Translations under genes and position numbers: made by a program
Part shown: in pieces, positions 12,335 to 28,200 of the stretch
Layout of the letters: each line of letters opens with the position of its first letter
How positions within the stretch are numbered: the first letter of the stretch is position 1
Source of the DNA: Octopus sinensis
Taxonomy: Eukaryota
NCBI RefSeq assembly: GCF_006345805.1
Contig: NC_043003.1
Span: forward strand, 45,446,001 to 45,510,000
Direction of reading: 5' to 3'
DNA: 64,000 bases
The notes under the pieces: generated by a model
Seen by the model: the letters and a program-made list of their open reading frames with translations, nothing else
What the model was told of the DNA's origin: nothing
Databases searched by the model: none

Positions 12335-14709
12335 ATGTATGAATATGTGCATGTGTGCGTGCGCGCGTGTGTGTATGTGTGAATGTGTGGTCATACGTGA
12401 GCGTGTGCATGTGTGAAGGGACATGTATACCCGCGCACACACATAAATGTCATACACACAAAAACGTTATTTTTTCTTCACCGATTCTAGTGTATGAGTA
12501 AAACAGAGAATGGTGACGAGTGAGTAAACTTATGACCAAGCTGGCAACATTCCAACAGACGAGCCAAATGACAAATAGTGTTTCCCCATCTCCGATTTAC
12601 GACAACAGGTGCTCTAGGAAAAACAAAATGCCGGTCTCAATGGACCGTCACAATTTAGGCTCGGTGTTAAGTGCATTTCTGTTTTTGTTTTATTCTTTCC
12701 TTTTACTTTTCCACATTTAGTAAATATTAAATTAACTAAGATAAAGGACAGTCTCTTTAGTGTGCTAAACATTTTCTTGTCGAAAATGGCTATGGTTTCA
12801 ATTACTGTTAATGATTTTGAGGTGGAGAGCATTGAAAAGAAAAGTAATTATAAATAATTACGTGATAAATGAAAAGCAACACTAAGTGAATGGTTAATAA
12901 CATTTTGGTCGCAGACTGAGTGGTTAAAACATTTATTCGACACCTTCGTTTTGCAGCTATAAGTTCCTAGACTAATGCATTGTTATAGATACGTGTCATC
13001 CTAAGACCTTTCTGTGAATCAGGAAACAATTTAAGTAGCTCGTCTGATGACTTGTATTTGCAGTTCAAATGTCCAGCTTTATCATACTTGTGCTACGCTG
13101 ATTCTCTCTGAGAAGTACTACGGCCTGTTAAATTCTCAACCACTATGCTGACTATGCTCAAGCAATTGGATTCGTCGAAGCAGACGGAAGAGACAGGACC
13201 GTAAACCCTCCGGATAGAATACTGAGCTGCATTTATTTCGGCTTGCGCTGGCACTTGAAATAACGCAGAGGTAAACTTTGCTTTTCAGTCTTTAGGGATT
13301 GATAACATAAGTCCCAGTTGAGCACTAGGGTTGATGCAATCGAATAACCTGTTATTGCCGGCCTTTGTAACCGTTATTTCAGTAATCGTGTGAGACAAAT
13401 TCAGTTATCATTGGTCTTATTAAGATTTCCTATCTATGCATATAGTTCATAGTATTTCAGGAAGAAATTAAGAAATAATCACAAAGTAGATGTAGCCACG
13501 AATATTACGTATAATTTGAACAAATACATATTAAATCACAGATGTTAATTACTTTGAGATGACATCCGCATAAAGAGCAAGTCAGCAATAGTTAAATAAG
13601 GATTAATTATACTTAATGGAGCGATTAACAAATCTTGGAGGAGGGAAGCTAGATTGTATGATTAAAGTTAATATAGCATATTATATGTTACAATTCCTTT
13701 AGAGTAAGAGACTATAGAGATGTGGTATCAGGTTTAGACTCAGCTAAATATCTGATGATACAGCTTCAGTATTCATTAGAATCAAGGACGGTCATAGAAG
13801 AGAATCGGCAAAACAAATTATTAAGCGCGTTTCAGTACATATTTACGTCTGTCGACATTCAGATTCCCAATATTACCCATGTCAAATTTCTATTTCATCC
13901 TCCTACGGCCGAAAAGATAGTTGGTACTTGTCTTTTCATAGTCTGGAGACTATGACAAGTCTATGACAAGTCCCAGGCTACGACAAGTCTATCAATACCG
14001 ATGAGTAAAGTCTTCAGCAACTTTAAGAATGAATGCATTTGTCTTCATTATGGAAATGGAATCACTATGCTCCCTAAATATCTGTCTCACTCACTCACAC
14101 ACAGGGACAGACATGGCCTTTCTCTCTCACAAACTCTCTCTCTATCTCACTCTTTATTCCGCTCATATGCAAATACGCACACACGCACATACACACACAT
14201 ACGTACGCTTTATCCATCTCGCTCGCTCTGTTTTAAATCATAGTCTAAGAAATCTATCAAAAGACACTAACAATGTACGGTGAGTGCTTCAGAGTACATA
14301 TTTTTTATCTCAATAATTGAAACACAGATCGACTTGTGATTACTATATACAGTCAGTTCATTTATGCTTCACTTCTAATAGTTTTAAAGCGGCACGAACT
14401 GCACAAAATGACGATGTATGGATACACAATATTATGTTATTCTATATCAATTTTGTTTTACTCTGTAATCGATAGTATGAATTATTTAGTTATTTTATCA
14501 GTCTCTGTTTCTTTCTCATTCAAAAAAAAAAAAAATTGCAGAAAAACGGTGTCCAATGATATTTCGACATTCTTTAATATATTTATTTATTTATCCTAAT
14601 CAGTCTATCATACGAAGAAGCAGAGATATTTCACTTCGCAACTGACATAAGATAGCAATCAACCACTACAGTAGTATATGCAGTTTACGAAGTTTCTGGT
14701 TGATTATAT

Positions 14710-14785
<76 letters not shown>

Positions 14786-14786
14786 A

Positions 14787-15025
14787 TTGTTGTGTCTTTT
14801 GTTGCCTTGTTATTTAACACACTCTGTCAACAACGATTGTAAAGATTGAAAGACGCAAAGAAAATTTTAGAAAAATAAATAAGTAAATGAGTGGAAACTT
14901 TACCGGTGAGAGTGTTAAATAAAAAGGCACTAAAAGAGAATGACTCTCCCCAGACACAACAAAATATGCTACGACTCACGAACTCAGAAACAGAATCTTG
15001 CAAACCAGATCCCCGAAGGAAATGT
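14787..15025 (+). mobile_element. Repeat family E (Penelope-pLTR-like) with inverted 5' segment
   Basis: Reverse complement of 33290-33480 and 60500-60600. Bases 14787-14825 are an inverted, internally deleted copy of 14908-14960. Flanked by (TA)n. Confidence 0.7.
14834..14870 (+). ncRNA. Degenerate minimal hammerhead-like motif (family E)
   Basis: TTGTAAAG-ATTGA-AAGAC-GCAAA-GAAAATTT-TAG, a mutated version of the 33438-33474 motif. Confidence 0.35.
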
Positions 15026-15042
15026 ATATATATATATATATA

Positions 15043-17440
15043 TTAAGGTATGTAGAAAAATACAACATGGACAAGAACGTATAACTCATAGAAGACGATA
15101 CAATAAACATGGACAGGACATTCGAACCCCTCAGTCTTCAGTCAAGAACCGGATCATCGTAGTAATTTCGGCTGATTAATCTTGAGATTACTAGATCACG
15201 GCCAGCCCTCCAAGAAAAATTAAACTGGAAGCGTAGATTTCCTGGAAGAAGGATCGAATGCATACGAACACCAGGACAGCAAAAGGGACAGATATAAAAA
15301 AAACAAAAAACAATAATGGAATACAGAAACATGAAATACAGAAGCATTAACGGTGAAAACAACAAGTGTCTTACGACTGATAACAAGCAACAAATTTTTT
15401 CTCTGGCGCATTGGAAAAAGCCTTTATAGCGGCGGACGAAGAACAACGATGTTAACACGGCGAGGGTCAGGAGCTGAAAGGCAGATTTCGGCCAACAGTC
15501 ACGTGACAGAGAAGAGGGAAAAGAAGAAAGAAGAGAGAGAAAAGGGGACAAAACGCAACAAAGAGAGAGAAAGAAGGAATCAGAGAGGAGAAGGGATGGG
15601 TGTCGAAGAATGACCTGTGAGTGCAGAGCGAGACAAAGAAATAGGAGGGTAGTGGAAGACTAGACCAAAGGATCAGAGGAAAGAGAAGATGAATAGAGAA
15701 AGTAAAAATGAGAGAGAGAGAGAGACAAACAGAGAGTCGTACCAATTATTAAGAATATGTGTTCACATTAATGATAAAGGGGGTACGGGGCGCCTGGAAT
15801 ATATGTTAAGGTATGTAGAAAAACAACATGGACAAGAACGTATAACTCATAGAAGACGATACAATAAACATGGACAGGACATTCGAACCCCTCAGTCTTC
15901 AGTCAAGAACCGGATCATCGTAGTAATTCGGCTGATTAATCTTGAGATTACTAGATCACGGCCAGCCCTCCAAGAAAAATTAAACTGGAAGCGTAGATTC
16001 CCTGAAGAAGGATCGAATGCATACGAACACCAGGACAGCAAAAGGACAGATATAAAAAAAACAAAAAACAATAATGGAATACAGAAACATGAAATACAGA
16101 AGCATTAACGGTGAAAACAACAAGTGTCTTACGACTGATAACAAGCAAACAAATTTTTTCTCTGGCGCATTGGAAAAAGCCTTTATAGCGGCGGACGAAG
16201 AACAACGATGTTAACACGGCGAGGGTCAGGAGCTGAAAGGCAGATTTCGGCGCCAACATCACGTGACAGAGAAGAGGGAAAAGAAAAAAAAGAGAGAGAG
16301 AGAAAAGGGGACAAAACGCAACAAAGAGAGAGAAAGAAGGAATCAGAGAGGAGAAGGGATGGGTGTCGAAGAATGACCTGTGAGTGCAGAGCGAGACAAA
16401 GAATAGGAGGGTAGTGGAAGACTAGACCAAAGGATCAGAGGAAAGAGAAGATGAATAGAGAGAAAGTAAAAATGAGAGAGAGAGAGAGACAAACAGAGAG
16501 TCGTACCAATTATTAAGAATATGTGTTCACATTAATGATAAAGGGGGTACGGGGCGCCTGGAATATATGTTAAGGTATGTAGAAAAATACAACATGGACA
16601 AGAACGTATAACTCATAGAAGACGATACAATAAACATGGACAGACATTCGAACCCCTCAGTCTTCAGTCAAGAACCGGATCATCGTAGTAATTTCGGCTG
16701 ATTAATCTTGAGATTACTAGATCACGGCCAGCCCTCCAAGAAAAATTAAACTGGAAGCGTAGATTTCCTGGAAGAAGGATCGAATGCATACGAACACCAG
16801 GACAGCAAAAGGGACAGATATAAAAAAAACAAAAAACAATAATGGAATACAGAAACATGAAATACAGAAGCATTAACGGTGAAAACAACAAGTGTCTTAC
16901 GACTGATAACAAGCAAACAAATTTTTTCTCTGGCGCATTGGAAAAAGCCTTTATAGCGGCGGACGAAGAACAACGATGTTAACACGGCGAGGGTCAGGAG
17001 CTGAAAGGCAGATTTCGGCCAACAGTCACGTGACAGAGAAGAGGGAAAAGAAAAGAAAGAGAGAGAGAGAAAAGGGGGACAAAACGCAACAAAGAGAGAG
17101 AAAGAAGGAATCAGAGAGGAGAAGGGATGGGTGTCGAAGAATGACCTGTGAGTGCAGAGCGAGACAAAGAAATAGGAGGGTAGTGGAAGACTAGACCAAA
17201 GGATCAGAGGAAAGAGAAGATGAATAGAGAGAAAGTAAAAATGAGAGAGAGAGAGAGACAAACAGAGAGTCGTACCAATTATTAAGAATATGTGTTCACA
17301 TTAATGATAAAGGGGGTACGGGGCGCCTGGAATATATGTTAAGGTATGTAGAAAAATACAACATGGACAAGAACGTATAACTCATAGAAGACGATACAAT
17401 AAACATGGACAGGACATTCGAACCCCTCAGTCTTCAGTCA
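15043..17440 (-). repeat. Tandem array of a ~765-bp Penelope-pLTR-like unit, 3.1 copies
   Basis: Units start (plus strand) at 15043, 15806, 16570 and 17339, giving lengths 763, 764, 769 and a 102-bp partial. Copies differ mainly by homopolymer indels. (TA)n on both sides. Confidence 0.95.
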
Positions 17441-17675
17441 ATATATATATATATATAGAAAGAGAGAGAGAGAAACCAGAAACTTCATGCACACACACAA
17501 ACTTTATTTGTAGATTAACAAAGCTTCAAAGGGATTTCTGTGGAAAGGTTATCCACAAGTCTTTATTATAAGTCCACATTCCAATTAGAAAAAAACTGAC
17601 AATCGTCTTCACTTTGCTTGAAAAAATCATGTGTGTGTAAGTAGGCGGGTAGATAGATGGATAGAAGGAAAGACA

Positions 17676-17707
<32 letters not shown>

Positions 17708-18030
17708 CATAATCGATTCTAATCCAGAAACGATTTCGTCTATAATTAATCCAATAGGCTGGGATTTCGTTGTCTTCTTTCTCTTTACCATGTACGGGTT
17801 ACAAATTCTGTTTGTTTGTGGAGACTTTTTTTACTAGTAGTAGAAATAGTGACCCATTTGGCTGCTATTTCTAATATTTTCGGTATGTGGTTTTGAGTAA
17901 CTTGTTGCAATTAACCCTTTATTATAAATATATATATATATTATATTATATTATATTATATTATATTATATTATATTATATTATTATTTGATTAAACACC
18001 ACGCATCCACTTCCAAGTAAGTTTATGTAT

Positions 18031-18394
18031 AAGCGTAGGAGTGGGTGTGTGGTAAGTTGCTTGCTTACCAGCCACATGGTTCTGGGTTCAGTCCCACTGC
18101 GTGGCACGTGGAGTAAGTGTCTTCTACAAAGCTTTGTGACTGGATTTGGTAGACGGAAACTGAAAGAAGCCCGTCGTATATATATATATGTATATGCATA
18201 TGTTTGTGTATCTGTGTATGTCCCCCCAACATCGCTTGACAACCGATGCTGGTGTGTTTATGTCCCAGTCACTTAGCGGTTCGGCAAGAGAGACCGATAG
18301 AATAAGTACTAGGCTTACAAAGAATAAGTCCTGGTGTCGATTTGCTCGACTAAAGGCGGTGCTCCATCTTGGCCGCAGTCAAATGACTGAAACA

Positions 18395-18395
<1 letters not shown>
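18031..18395 (+). mobile_element. SINE family A, full length
   Basis: AGCGTAGGAGTGGGTGTGTGGTAAG...GGGTTCAGTCCCACTGCGTGGCAC...AAATGACTGAAACAAA. Confidence 0.9.
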
Positions 18396-18450
<55 letters not shown>

Positions 18451-19236
18451 TGAAAATGCTTATATATATAAGCACAAAATGATATGTGGAAAATAACTCA
18501 AAGGTTAAACTGGTGTGTATTTGAATAGCATAATCAAATACAGGTATATCAAATACCATGCAACCTGATTTATTAAAATTATCTCCACCTCTTAAGTATG
18601 CAGCATATAACCAAATGGCTATTAAGATAGCTCTACTGGTGAATGGGAGATAATCTCAAACATCGAATATTTTGCCTTTAAGTAAAAGGAGAGTTTTATG
18701 GTTTGGAGATAAGAGAACAACCATAGACACGTATTTCTTACTCTAAATTACCATCATCATCAAGAAAAATGCATGAATTTACTTCCAGTAGCCAAAGAAC
18801 AAATTAGAAAACAATTAGTGCCTAAGTAATTTACTTAATTTAAACAAAGAATGATCTAAGGGAAATAATTCAAAATGGTCAGTGACATGTATTTCAATAG
18901 ATAAGTGCAGGTATGTCAAATAACATACAACGTAATTTCTTCATGCGTGAATATGTTTGTGTGTGTGTGTGAGGTGGTGTATTGATTATACACGAAGAGC
19001 TTCCACACTGCTTCTGCCAATCAAATTCACCCACATCGCCTGACCAGGGCCTATATTGTAAGAATACTTAGCTTGTATATATATATACACAAATTCAGGC
19101 TGCATTTATTTATATATGTTTATATGTTTTTATGTATGCATAGGTATGTATGTAGATAGCTAGCTAGCTAGCTAGCTAGATAGATAGATAGATACATACA
19201 TACATACATACATACATACATACATACATGCATACA

Positions 19237-19267
<31 letters not shown>

Positions 19268-19269
19268 GG

Positions 19270-19410
19270 AGTTTCCTCCTGTTCCGAAGAAGAGCGTCTG
19301 CTTGAAACGTGAAACCATCTTTCTTTCCTTTCCTGAGTGTCTGCTAATACATTACACATACCACGTCCTTGCGTTGCTGTTTTTTTGTGTTTGTTCTATT
19401 TTGGATGTAC
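19270..19410 (+). mobile_element. Penelope-like pLTR fragment with degenerate hammerhead (19281-19315)
   Basis: CCGAAGA-A-GAGC-GTCT-GCTT-GAAACGTG followed by the family tail CACGTCCTTGCGTTGCTG. Core U4 and the cleavage triplet are mutated. Confidence 0.65.
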
Positions 19411-19511
19411 TACATACATACATACATACATACATACATACATACGTATACATGATAACGATGATGCCGGACATTCTGTACCATGCAATTACGGTTGTCG
19501 CAGCAGCAGTA

Positions 19512-19554
<43 letters not shown>

Positions 19555-19809
19555 TCGATGTGATGAATTGGAAAACATTTTTAATTGTAATTCTTGAATA
19601 ATTATTTCTTCTTTCCGTTCTTCTATTCTTCCATTCCTTTCTCAATCAGTTCATTACCGATTATTTTCTACGTGCATTTATTCTGTCATTCTTGTTCATA
19701 CTTAGTCCATGAAAATTCCATCCTTTGTTGGTGGATTCGTAGAAAAATACTTCTCTTTGTTTCTACTGTTCGAGCTCGAATTCCATGGTTCATAAGCGCC
19801 GACTAATAT

Positions 19810-19813
19810 TTAA

Positions 19814-19856
<43 letters not shown>

Positions 19857-19993
19857 ATGCTGCTGCTGCTGCTGCTGCTGCTGCTAGTACTACTACTTCT
19901 CTTCCTCCTCCTCCTATTACTACTACAACTTCTACTACTAGCTGCTACTACTACCGTTACTTCTCTACTCTTCCTCTTACCCTTCTTCGCTTC

Positions 19994-20024
<31 letters not shown>

Positions 20025-20335
20025 AACTACTAAAAATACTACTATAGCTAAAGCTGCTACTACTGCTACTACAACTTCTCCTTCTCCTCCTATTCCTCTT
20101 CTCTGCGATTACTACTATTACTACTGCCACTACTACTGTTATTACTACTACCACTACTGCTGCTGCTGCTACAGCTGCTGTTACTACTATAACTATTACT
20201 ATTAGTTCTCCTCCTCCTCCTCCTCCTCCTCCTCCTCCTACTACTACTAATATTCTTACTGCAATCACTACCAGTACGGCTGTTACTACAGCTACCATTA
20301 CTACTACTCCTACTATACTACTATTACTATTATTG
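19810..20335. repeat. Compound trinucleotide low-complexity tract (CTA/CTG/CTC)
   Basis: Direct reading of the sequence. Confidence 0.95.
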
Positions 20336-20544
20336 TTACGCCCACTTCTAGGTGTAAAGGTACTATGAACATTAAGACACTTATTACTGGTAACAATGCA
20401 ACCGATGCAGTCACAATGACGACCATCACAACAACTATTCTGTTGACCATTGCCATCACAAACAAGTCACTGAGAATAATATATTCCATAAATGAAGCGC
20501 AATACCCGAGTGCGCGCAGGCATACGTACGCACACACACACACA

Positions 20545-20589
<45 letters not shown>

Positions 20590-20707
20590 TATAGATATAT
20601 ATATATATAACACTAGAATATCACTAGAGGAGTATTTAATATTTCGACCGGGGCGTTCCTCATATATCATCCAGCTATTCGCCTTATTTCTGTAAGCATT
20701 TCTGTAA

Positions 20708-20748
<41 letters not shown>

Positions 20749-20884
20749 AGATAAGAAAATGGAGAAATACATCTAAATCAAATACAAGATAAGAAAATGG
20801 ATGGATATACGTTATCCCATAGAGGGTTGCACTTACAACCCCTATCTCAATTTGTATATATATATATATATATATATATATGCG

Positions 20885-21000
20885 TCCCAACCACATGGCT
20901 TCGGTTTCAGTCCCACAGCGTGACACTTTGGGCTAGATATTTCTGCTATAGCTTCTGGCCGAGCAAAGCTTTGTGAGTAAGATAAATAGATAGACAGATA
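20885..21000 (+). mobile_element. SINE family A 5' fragment followed by (GATA)n
   Basis: CAACCACATGGCTTCGGTTTCAGTCCCACAGCGTGACAC. Confidence 0.65.
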
Positions 21001-21029
21001 GATAGACAGGCAAATAGACAGACTGAGAA

Positions 21030-21094
<65 letters not shown>

Positions 21095-21759
21095 AAAAGA
21101 GAGAAAGAAACACGAAGCCTTTGTTTATACTGCGTTACGGGACGCATAGGTCTATAAACTACCTCCAGCTTGAGCTCACATACTTTTCCTTTTCTTTCTT
21201 TGGCTCAAATTTAACTGGTTCTCGCGGTTATAATGTTTAGTGCCAGCTGCACACGCGCTGTCTCGTCATGCGTTTGTCTTTTCCAATGCACTTCTCACTG
21301 CACACTTTTGCATGCTGAGGTTTTGGCAGGTGCAGAAAGTGATATCATACGAGTGTAAGATAGACTATCACCATGTTCATCAGCAGCAGCTAAGATCAGC
21401 TTTAGACAAAGCTTTTCTTAATTATAATTACTAAGGCCCTTCCCTGGGCCCATTACTAACTACGGCGGAGTTATGTACAACAGCTTTACCATAGGCACAA
21501 GGTAAAATATTTGAGACGGAAAAATGAAATTTATCGATCCCGCAAACTTCCGGGTTTTAAAAACCTTCATTCTTCATTCTTCTCAAATATCTGGCCGAGT
21601 GCCTAGAAGCCTGCAATTTTGAATGGCAAACTTCCGTTTTACCCGGAAGTTGAACTCAAAACGAAAAAAGAGCTAGAGTAAATACGGCAATGCATTTAAC
21701 CGATGCTGCAACTAATCTTCCAAATTGATGGTAATTCGATGAAGGTTTATTTACAAAGG

Positions 21760-21844
21760 GTTCTGATGATGATAGTGATACTGACGATAATGACGATGAT
21801 GACATTGGTGGTTCTAAGGACAGTCAGGAAGTTGATGCTGATGA

Positions 21845-21885
<41 letters not shown>

Positions 21886-22235
21886 ATGATTGTAATTGTG
21901 CTGTCAGGGATGAAGACAGTGGTGATTATGATGATGATGATGATGATGTTGTTGCTGCTGCTGATGATGGTGATTGTAGTAGTAGTGGTGGTGGTGCTGT
22001 TGTTGGAGGTGGTGGTGGTGGTGGTGGTGGTAGTGTAGTGGTGATGATGACGTCTACTCTGATGTTGTTCATGTCGATGATGTTGATGTCGACGATGACA
22101 ATTCCGACGAGAACGATGATGACGATGCTGATGATTCTGATGATAATGGTGGTGAGGAGGAGTAGGAGTAGGAGGGTCAGATGATGTTGACGACCTCATT
22201 GAGGAAGTTCATGGTTGTAGTGAAGTTGGTGATAA
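21760..22235. repeat. Compound (GAT/GCT/GGT) low-complexity tract
   Basis: Direct reading of the sequence. Confidence 0.9.
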
Positions 22236-22584
22236 TAATTATTAGATTTACAACATATATGATAAATTTTAACAATAAGGTTTTCGGGGAAGACTGAGAC
22301 CGCCCTGCTTTCCTCCCTAGTTACAAAGTGTGTCCTCTTTATTTTAATCCCAGCTTCCGAACAATTCAGACAAAAGTAGTACCATTAAACAATTTGACCA
22401 TTTCTCTATCTCTCTCTCTCTATCTCTCCCTCCCTCATTCTCTCTGGTCTCTCTCTTCTTCCTCTCTCTCAATCTGTAACACTTTCTCATGCAGTATATC
22501 TTAAACTTAGCAGAATATATATATGTATGTATGTATATATGTATGTATATATGTATATATGTAGTGCAAATGTACAAAACACAA

Positions 22585-22745
22585 AAAAAAAACGGAGATA
22601 GGTGAATGAACAACAGAGACAAGGCGTATTGGTTTGACACTCAGCAAAAATAGAAACGACTTTGACGTTTGACGTTTCGAGCCTACGCTCTTCGATAGAA
22701 AGAAGTAGGGAAATAAAACAGAGAAAAAATGTCATTTATTCCTAT
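22585..22745 (-). mobile_element. Penelope-like pLTR fragment with degenerate hammerhead (22667-22700)
   Basis: Minus strand reads CTATCGAAGAGCGTAGGCTCGAAACGTC. Homologous to 57990-58150. Confidence 0.65.
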
Positions 22746-23729
22746 ATATATATATATATATATTCAATATCTTGCAATATAAATGGATCTTTTCCTGAAG
22801 CTTCTACACGTAAAGTTAATCGTATATGGGCCAGCGTGTATTCGTATGTGAACATTAGGTATTTATATACGTGTATATATTTGTGTGTATGCTTGTATGC
22901 ATCCACACATGTACGTTCATCTGTATGTTCCCATGCATGTATTCATGAATGTGCTTATATGAATAATTCAACGCCTGTGTGAGAGTGATTTGGTGTGTGA
23001 ATATGTAAAGGCTTATGTCTGTCTTATCCAACGTGTTTCAACGTGTTTTGTTTATGTACATACACACAGACACACACACACAAACAAAAAAGCACACATG
23101 TACATGCATGCATGCATAGATGCATATACATGAATGCATGCATAGATGCATATACATGAATGCATGCATAGATGCATATACATGAATGCATGCATGCATG
23201 CATACACTCATACTTACAATAACAGACTACCAAGATACATGCATCATACAGTAGGTTGCAAAGATATTACTTCAAACAGACCCTATTTCTTCGTCTATGT
23301 GCATGTATGTGTGGCTGTGTGTTGGGTAGGTTGTGTGCATGCGTGTTGTATGTGTACATGAGTGTGCGCGCGCCCGCGCACGTCCGTGTATTTATTTTTT
23401 CGTTTTCTTTTTCTAAATTTGTGTTAGATTTTATCTCATTTTACTCTAATTCTTTTTGTTATAATTGTTATTGTTAATGTTATTTTTATTTACTGTTGTT
23501 GTTGTTGTTATACTGCTGTGTTACTTTTCTAAGTTTTGTTGTACCCTTTTTTTATATTTTGATAGTATTTTCTTCAATTCTCATTCTTTGGTAGAGTTTG
23601 TGTTTTGATTTTTATCAACTTAACTACTGATCCTAGTATTGTTGTTGTGATTCTTGTTGTTCCTTTTTTTTTGCTTGTTGATGCTGCTGTTGTTGCTTTT
23701 TTCTTATTACTGTTGTTTTTGTTGCTTTA

Positions 23730-25260
<1,531 letters not shown>

Positions 25261-28200
25261 AACAACGCGAAGAACAACAGTAATAAGGTAATCGCTTTAT
25301 CAAACTATGTTAAGTATGGTTGTTAAAAGTAAAAGTTATTTGGACGCCATGTTGGTCATTAGCGGAAAGATTAGATTTATATATTCAAACGCAAAAACAA
25401 AGATAGCTTTAGTAGAAATGTGTGTGTATATTTTTATGTATACGTGTATATGTGTACTTGCGCGTGTCTATGCAAGTGTGTGCGTGAGGGTGTGTGTGTG
25501 AGAGAGAGAGAGAGAGAAAGAGAGAAAGAGAGAATAAATGCTTGTTGTTATATTTGGATATGTTTTTGTGTATGTGTATCTATGTACACTGGAGAAACCA
25601 TGGGTGAATGAGTGTGTGTGTGTATGTGTGTGTGTGTTTGTGTGTGAATGTGTGTGTGTGTGCGTGTGTGTAGGTTCTATAGGATGGTTCGCGATCGTTA
25701 GATTCGTACACTAAGATAACATGATGTAATATATTTGCATAACCAGCAATCACACACACACACATATGCATATACAGAAGATACGTTTCTAAGTATCATA
25801 TATGTGAGTGTTTGCATTGTACACATGACTGCTTATATCTGTATTGCGTTTGTGTATTTACATTTATCCATTTGTACTTATGCGGAGCAGTTCCTATTAC
25901 AAACAGCTCGTTGATAAGACAATAACTTTAAGTAATTACTTTAGAATTTTCAGTTAAACTTTAACATGGTACAAACTTATTTTACAATAAATCACTAAAA
26001 TAAAAGAACATTTCTTCCGAAATGCCTCTGTCTCCAGTATTCGATAATCATTCTTAAGATCTACCTTAGACTTGTAACTTCGCTTTTCTGCTTAAGTGTA
26101 TATTGTCCTAATTAACATTGGAATTACTACGCAGTCGCTCTGTCTGAAAAGTGAGCCAGATTGACTACAAATTAACCCTAACAGTTCAAATGAAATCATA
26201 CATTGGATAATGTAGAGTTTGGGAAATTCTACAGAAGAAATCGACTTGTTATGATTTGAACGTATTTGATCATAGTTCTGATCGTAGTTCTGCTTAATGA
26301 GCATAACCAAAGTCTAGGCCACAATAGCAACAAGAGGGTAGGAATAGAATCAATTGTTGCTTCTTCCTGACATTGGGTAGAAAATTACCATGCGCTATTT
26401 CTATGTGTACTGTGTGTGGGTGTATGCATGAGCATGCATGCGTATGTATATATATGCATACAGGCATACATACACACATACACAATTAATCTCATTAAGG
26501 CAAAATAAGGTAGAAAAAATAGTGCTCGAATACCAAAATCTTTTCAAGATGCTTTCAAGTTGCTTTCAAGATCTTTTCGGCTTTAATAAAAAGTACTCTC
26601 TCTCTCTCTCTCTCTCTCTCTGATGCTAACCTGAGAAGATGAAACCGAAATAAGCCTCCAAATATTGGTGATTAATCCTACCGAAAGCTTTAGTCTGGAA
26701 CCAACCATACTAGTTTATACATTTACCCTTACTATAATGCTTTGTGTCAGGAATAAATCTATTTAGGATGGCACATGTCTGTGTCTCACCCGGGTGGTCA
26801 TGGCTGAAAACCTTTTGAGTTGGGTTTGCTCGATCAGGGCTGAGTGAGGGCTAAGTAACAACTACATTTCATTCATATGCAACTCAAATTCTAACTACCG
26901 TATTAAATAAGTGAAGAAATTGAATATCTAGTCTCAGATAAAATACTAAATAAAGATATCTAGTCTTAGATGAAATACTATATAAAGAGATGGTCACAAC
27001 TGTAATAATTTCGATCTTAGAACTATTCTATGAGGCTTGGCTTAATACGAAGCGACCATATCAACAACGAGCCAAATGAGGAATCTGTAAATGGTAACTT
27101 TACAGAATTCATAGAAATTAAAGCTAAATCTTCCTTAAATCATACCAAGCCGTCTTAAATAAAAGATAAACACATTGGCGTATATAAACCATAGTACACA
27201 CACAAAAAAATGAGTTGGGGTGGTCACGGCAAGGACGCATCTGATTATATATCTGATTGATGGGATCTACAGCTAAACAACACTAGCCTCGTTGACAAAA
27301 AATATACCCAGGGCAACAACAACAACAAGAACAGCAACAACAGCAGCAGCAAAGCCAACAACAACAGCAACATCAACAACAGTAGCAGAAGCAACACAAG
27401 CCCAGAAAGAAACCTCTATATGGTCACACAACCTGCTAGAAATAGTAATTTCAGCCTTCTATCTTGAAAAATTCGGAATAACACATTGGATGATGTAATG
27501 TTGCATACAATGGAACAGAAATAAAAAGCCGACGCAGAGGTCATAGTTGAAATGCCTTTGGGCAAAGATATCCAATGAGGGTTGACAGGCGGATGAATAA
27601 CAACAACGTCAATAGCAGTAACAATAATAAAATTAAATAACTGAAACAACAACATAGACAACAATGCCATTATTAATAATAATAGCAACGGCAATATAAA
27701 GTGCCAATGAGAGATCCTTTATGTGATTGCTCAGTGTGCTAGAAATAACAGCGAAATATTTCCCTTCTGTCATACTAAAACAGTTTTCATAAAAAGGACG
27801 CTTTGAACAACGTAATCCTTGATGTATAAAAAGACACGACGGTTATGAATGGAACCGTTGCGGTTGTACGTTTTGCTCAATCAAGGGTGACATGAGGCTA
27901 AACGACGGCGACAGCTACAACAAAAAGCCAACAACAACAACCACAACAATAATTGCAATGGTTAACTATAACATCAAAAACCGACAATATTATCATTGAA
28001 ATACAGACTCTAATTAAAAGCTGGTTACCAAGAAGAGGAGAATATTTATAGGATATATGTATTCACAACATATCTCTAGAGATATGAGAGAGCTCAGAGG
28101 TTGAAACAACTTGTTATATTGACTGTCCTTTATCCAGAGTAACGCATGCGTGTCGGAATAACTCGATACAATGCTATATTGTGCTTCGTACTTCCTCTAT

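Noticed and set aside
15119-15215. Canonical hammerhead in the 765-bp array unit
   Set aside because: CUGAAGA lacks a stem II and stem I and is followed by GAAU; the GGCUG/CAGCC-GAAA hairpin lacks an upstream CUGANGA. Kept only as a weak lead.
15043-17440. CRISPR-like array or multi-copy coding gene
   Set aside because: The units are wholly repeated with no unique spacers, and the ORFs differ between copies through frameshifts and resemble no protein.
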